From a virus (taxonomy: Duplodnaviria > Caudoviricetes), in the IMG/VR virus record IMGVR_UViG_3300037484_000486, positions 1-37,147 of that record: a stretch of 37,147 nt of DNA; one strand, written 5' to 3'. Made by a program: the position numbers and the translations under genes. The notes under the pieces were generated by a model. The model did no database searches. It worked only from the letters and a program-made list of their open reading frames with translations, and was not told the origin of the DNA. This document shows, piece by piece, positions 35,566 to 37,147 of the stretch. The first letter of the stretch is position 1. The number at the start of each line of letters is the position of its first letter.

Positions 35566-35756
35566 TGTCCGAAACGAAACTGCGACTCAACCTCTTCCGC
35601 TTGCGGAAGGGTGAGAAACCCGAGGCGATCGAGACATTCTACGTGGTCGGTCGCCGACCTGCTGGCGGCATGGTCGCCAGAGTCATTATCGAGGAAGACC
35701 TGGACCTGCGAAAGCACGACACCCTGATCTTCGACTTCACCAACGAAAAGGCATGA
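35565..35756 (+). CDS. Hypothetical protein
   Basis: 63 aa MSETKLRL; TGATG overlap, RBS GGGAGG. Confidence 0.6.
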   Translation: MSETKLRLNLFRLRKGEKPEAIETFYVVGRRPAGGMVARVIIEEDLDLRKHDTLIFDFTNEKA

Positions 35757-35956
35757 AGTTCCGAGCACTCTTCATCGGCGGTCCCGTGGATGGGCAAGAG
35801 CGGGTCTTGGACACCTGCCCGCCCACTATCGACTGTACCACGGTTCGCTACTCCCGGCTGCACGTCCTGGGAGCCACGGTGATCTACTCGTTGCACAGTC
35901 TCGAAGAGACCTGGAACCGCGTCTGGAATCGCTACGCGGGAGAGAACGATGCGTGA
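35753..35956 (+). CDS. Hypothetical protein
   Basis: 67 aa, FIGGPVDG motif common in small phage proteins; ATGA overlap. Confidence 0.65.
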   Translation: MKFRALFIGGPVDGQERVLDTCPPTIDCTTVRYSRLHVLGATVIYSLHSLEETWNRVWNRYAGENDA

Positions 35957-36293
35957 CCTAAGCGGCTACGACTGGTATCGGTTCATCCGTCTGATCGCGC
36001 ACCACGATCCTTGGAGCGAGAAGGTCGAATTCCTGCTGTGCCACCATGAGACGGGCAAGTCTCGGGCTGTGGCGAAGCCGTTGGAGTTCGAGGAAGTGCC
36101 GCAAGGCGCGCCGATCAATCCCACCTTTTCGCTGCATGGCGAAGAGGCCCAGAAACTAATGGACATGCTCTGGAACTGCGGGCTGCGGCCGACGCAGAGC
36201 AAGAGCAGCTCGGGGCAACTGGACGCCGTGGAACGTCACTTGGCCGACATGCGGGCCATTGCCTTTAACAAGCTGGAGATCGAACCGTGTTGA
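35949..36293 (+). CDS. Hypothetical phage protein
   Basis: 114 aa; AQKLMDMLWNCGLRP..HLADMRAI pattern; RBS GGGAGAG. Confidence 0.7.
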   Translation: MRDLSGYDWYRFIRLIAHHDPWSEKVEFLLCHHETGKSRAVAKPLEFEEVPQGAPINPTFSLHGEEAQKLMDMLWNCGLRPTQSKSSSGQLDAVERHLADMRAIAFNKLEIEPC

Positions 36294-36544
36294 GACGCCT
36301 TCTCGCAAAACTGCGCTGGCGGCTGCGGCAACTGTTGCCGCTCGTCTACCGGACGTACTACGCCGACAGTGCCGGCTGTGTCCATTTCGTCGTATGGCGG
36401 ATGTGGCTCGGCCGCTGCTTCGCCGTTGACGACGTGGTGCTCGACATCTTCGAGAACCTTCACAACCCCAATGTCGCCGCCCTGGCGCGCGTCCTGGCCG
36501 AGTGCAACGGCCAGTGCGAGAGCTGCCCGCACCGCGCCGGCTAA
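36287..36544 (+). CDS. Hypothetical protein with C-terminal CxxxCxxC
   Basis: 85 aa, RBS GGAG, overlaps the previous gene. Confidence 0.55.
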   Translation: MLRRLLAKLRWRLRQLLPLVYRTYYADSAGCVHFVVWRMWLGRCFAVDDVVLDIFENLHNPNVAALARVLAECNGQCESCPHRAG

Positions 36545-36577
36545 CTGCGGCCCCAACCGTTCCCCTTGGAGAAACCG

Positions 36578-36796
36578 ATGCCTGACCCGAACGATCTGAA
36601 CGCCGAAGAGTTGGAGCGCCTGCAAGCGGACGCGGACGCCATCGAGGAAGAGGAAGACGACGATTCCTACATCGACGATCTGGATGAAGACGAAGATTGG
36701 GACGACGACCTGGACGACGACTTCGACGATGAAGACGACGACTGGGACGACGACGATTGGGATGACTTCGACGAAGACGACGATCCAATCGCGTAG
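36578..36796 (+). CDS. Extremely acidic small protein
   Basis: 72 aa, RBS GGAGA; long Asp/Glu tract with spaced W/F/L/Y residues. Confidence 0.65.
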   Translation: MPDPNDLNAEELERLQADADAIEEEEDDDSYIDDLDEDEDWDDDLDDDFDDEDDDWDDDDWDDFDEDDDPIA

Positions 36797-36917
36797 CTGA
36801 TTCGCCATGTGCGAAAACAGTTCCCTCACCGTAGCAAGGGCGACCGAGCGACGGTAAGAGCCGTTTCAAGATGCCTTGGCCGCTTGGCTTGCTGCCGGGA
36901 GTCGCGCCCCGGCCTTC

Positions 36918-36990
36918 TGTAGCGTAGCTCAATCGGTAGAGCGGCTGACCGTTAATCAGCGGGTTCCTGGTTCGAGTCCAGGCGCTACAG
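36918..36990 (+). tRNA. tRNA-Asn (GTT), no encoded CCA, C at position 33
   Basis: Acceptor TGTAGCG/CGCTACA plus G73; D arm GCTC/GAGC; anticodon arm GCTGA-CCGTTAA-TCAGC; T arm CCTGG-TTCGAGT-CCAGG. Confidence 0.93.
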
Positions 36991-37023
36991 CTTGCACCTT
37001 GGAGAGACACCTATGCCTACCTA

Positions 37024-37147
37024 GTTCCTGTTGACGAATTCGGAGAATCGCGGAATACGGTTGGATAAGGGAGGTGTTGGAAGGTAGCGGGTATTGCCAA
37101 AAAGAAACGCATCGCTATCCTGTTGAAAACGTGACTAATCAAGGAGA
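37024..37147 (+). mobile_element. Possible left end of an IS (IS5-like) inserted at CTA/TA
   Basis: RBS-preceded ATG CCT ACC TA|G is cut off; GTTCCTGTTGACG follows; GC content drops; the window ends on an RBS-like AAGGAGA. Confidence 0.45.

Noticed and set aside
36918-36990. tRNA as the prophage attachment site
   Set aside because: No integrase or duplicated tRNA 3' end in the window, and a phage-style RBS and ATG follow it

Overview
A ~37 kb GC-rich segment of a long-tailed (siphovirus-like) phage or prophage. The left part (233-21089, + strand) is a neck and tail operon: neck genes, tail tube, a tail assembly chaperone with a -1 frameshift extension, tape measure, a tandem array of six paralogous putative receptor-binding proteins arranged ABC-ABC, a repeat-rich scaffold-like tail protein, tail tip proteins and a Cys/aromatic-rich terminal gene. 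A convergent minus-strand block (21182-25984) encodes two Cys-rich proteins, a DEDDh exonuclease, a dATP/dGTP diphosphohydrolase-type protein and an AEP primase-helicase. A long inverted repeat (26075-26150) separates it from a + strand block: ParB-like protein, probable SSB, ThyX-like protein, DNA methyltransferase, SNF2-type helicase, secreted trypsin-like protease, HTH-metallophosphoesterase, small ORFs, a very acidic protein and a tRNA-Asn(GTT). Both window ends look like phage genes cut by insertion-element ends, suggesting an integrated prophage. The best candidate for a new system is the six-paralog adhesin array next to a scaffold protein carrying six matching motif copies. All product calls come from motif recognition and gene order; no database searches were run.
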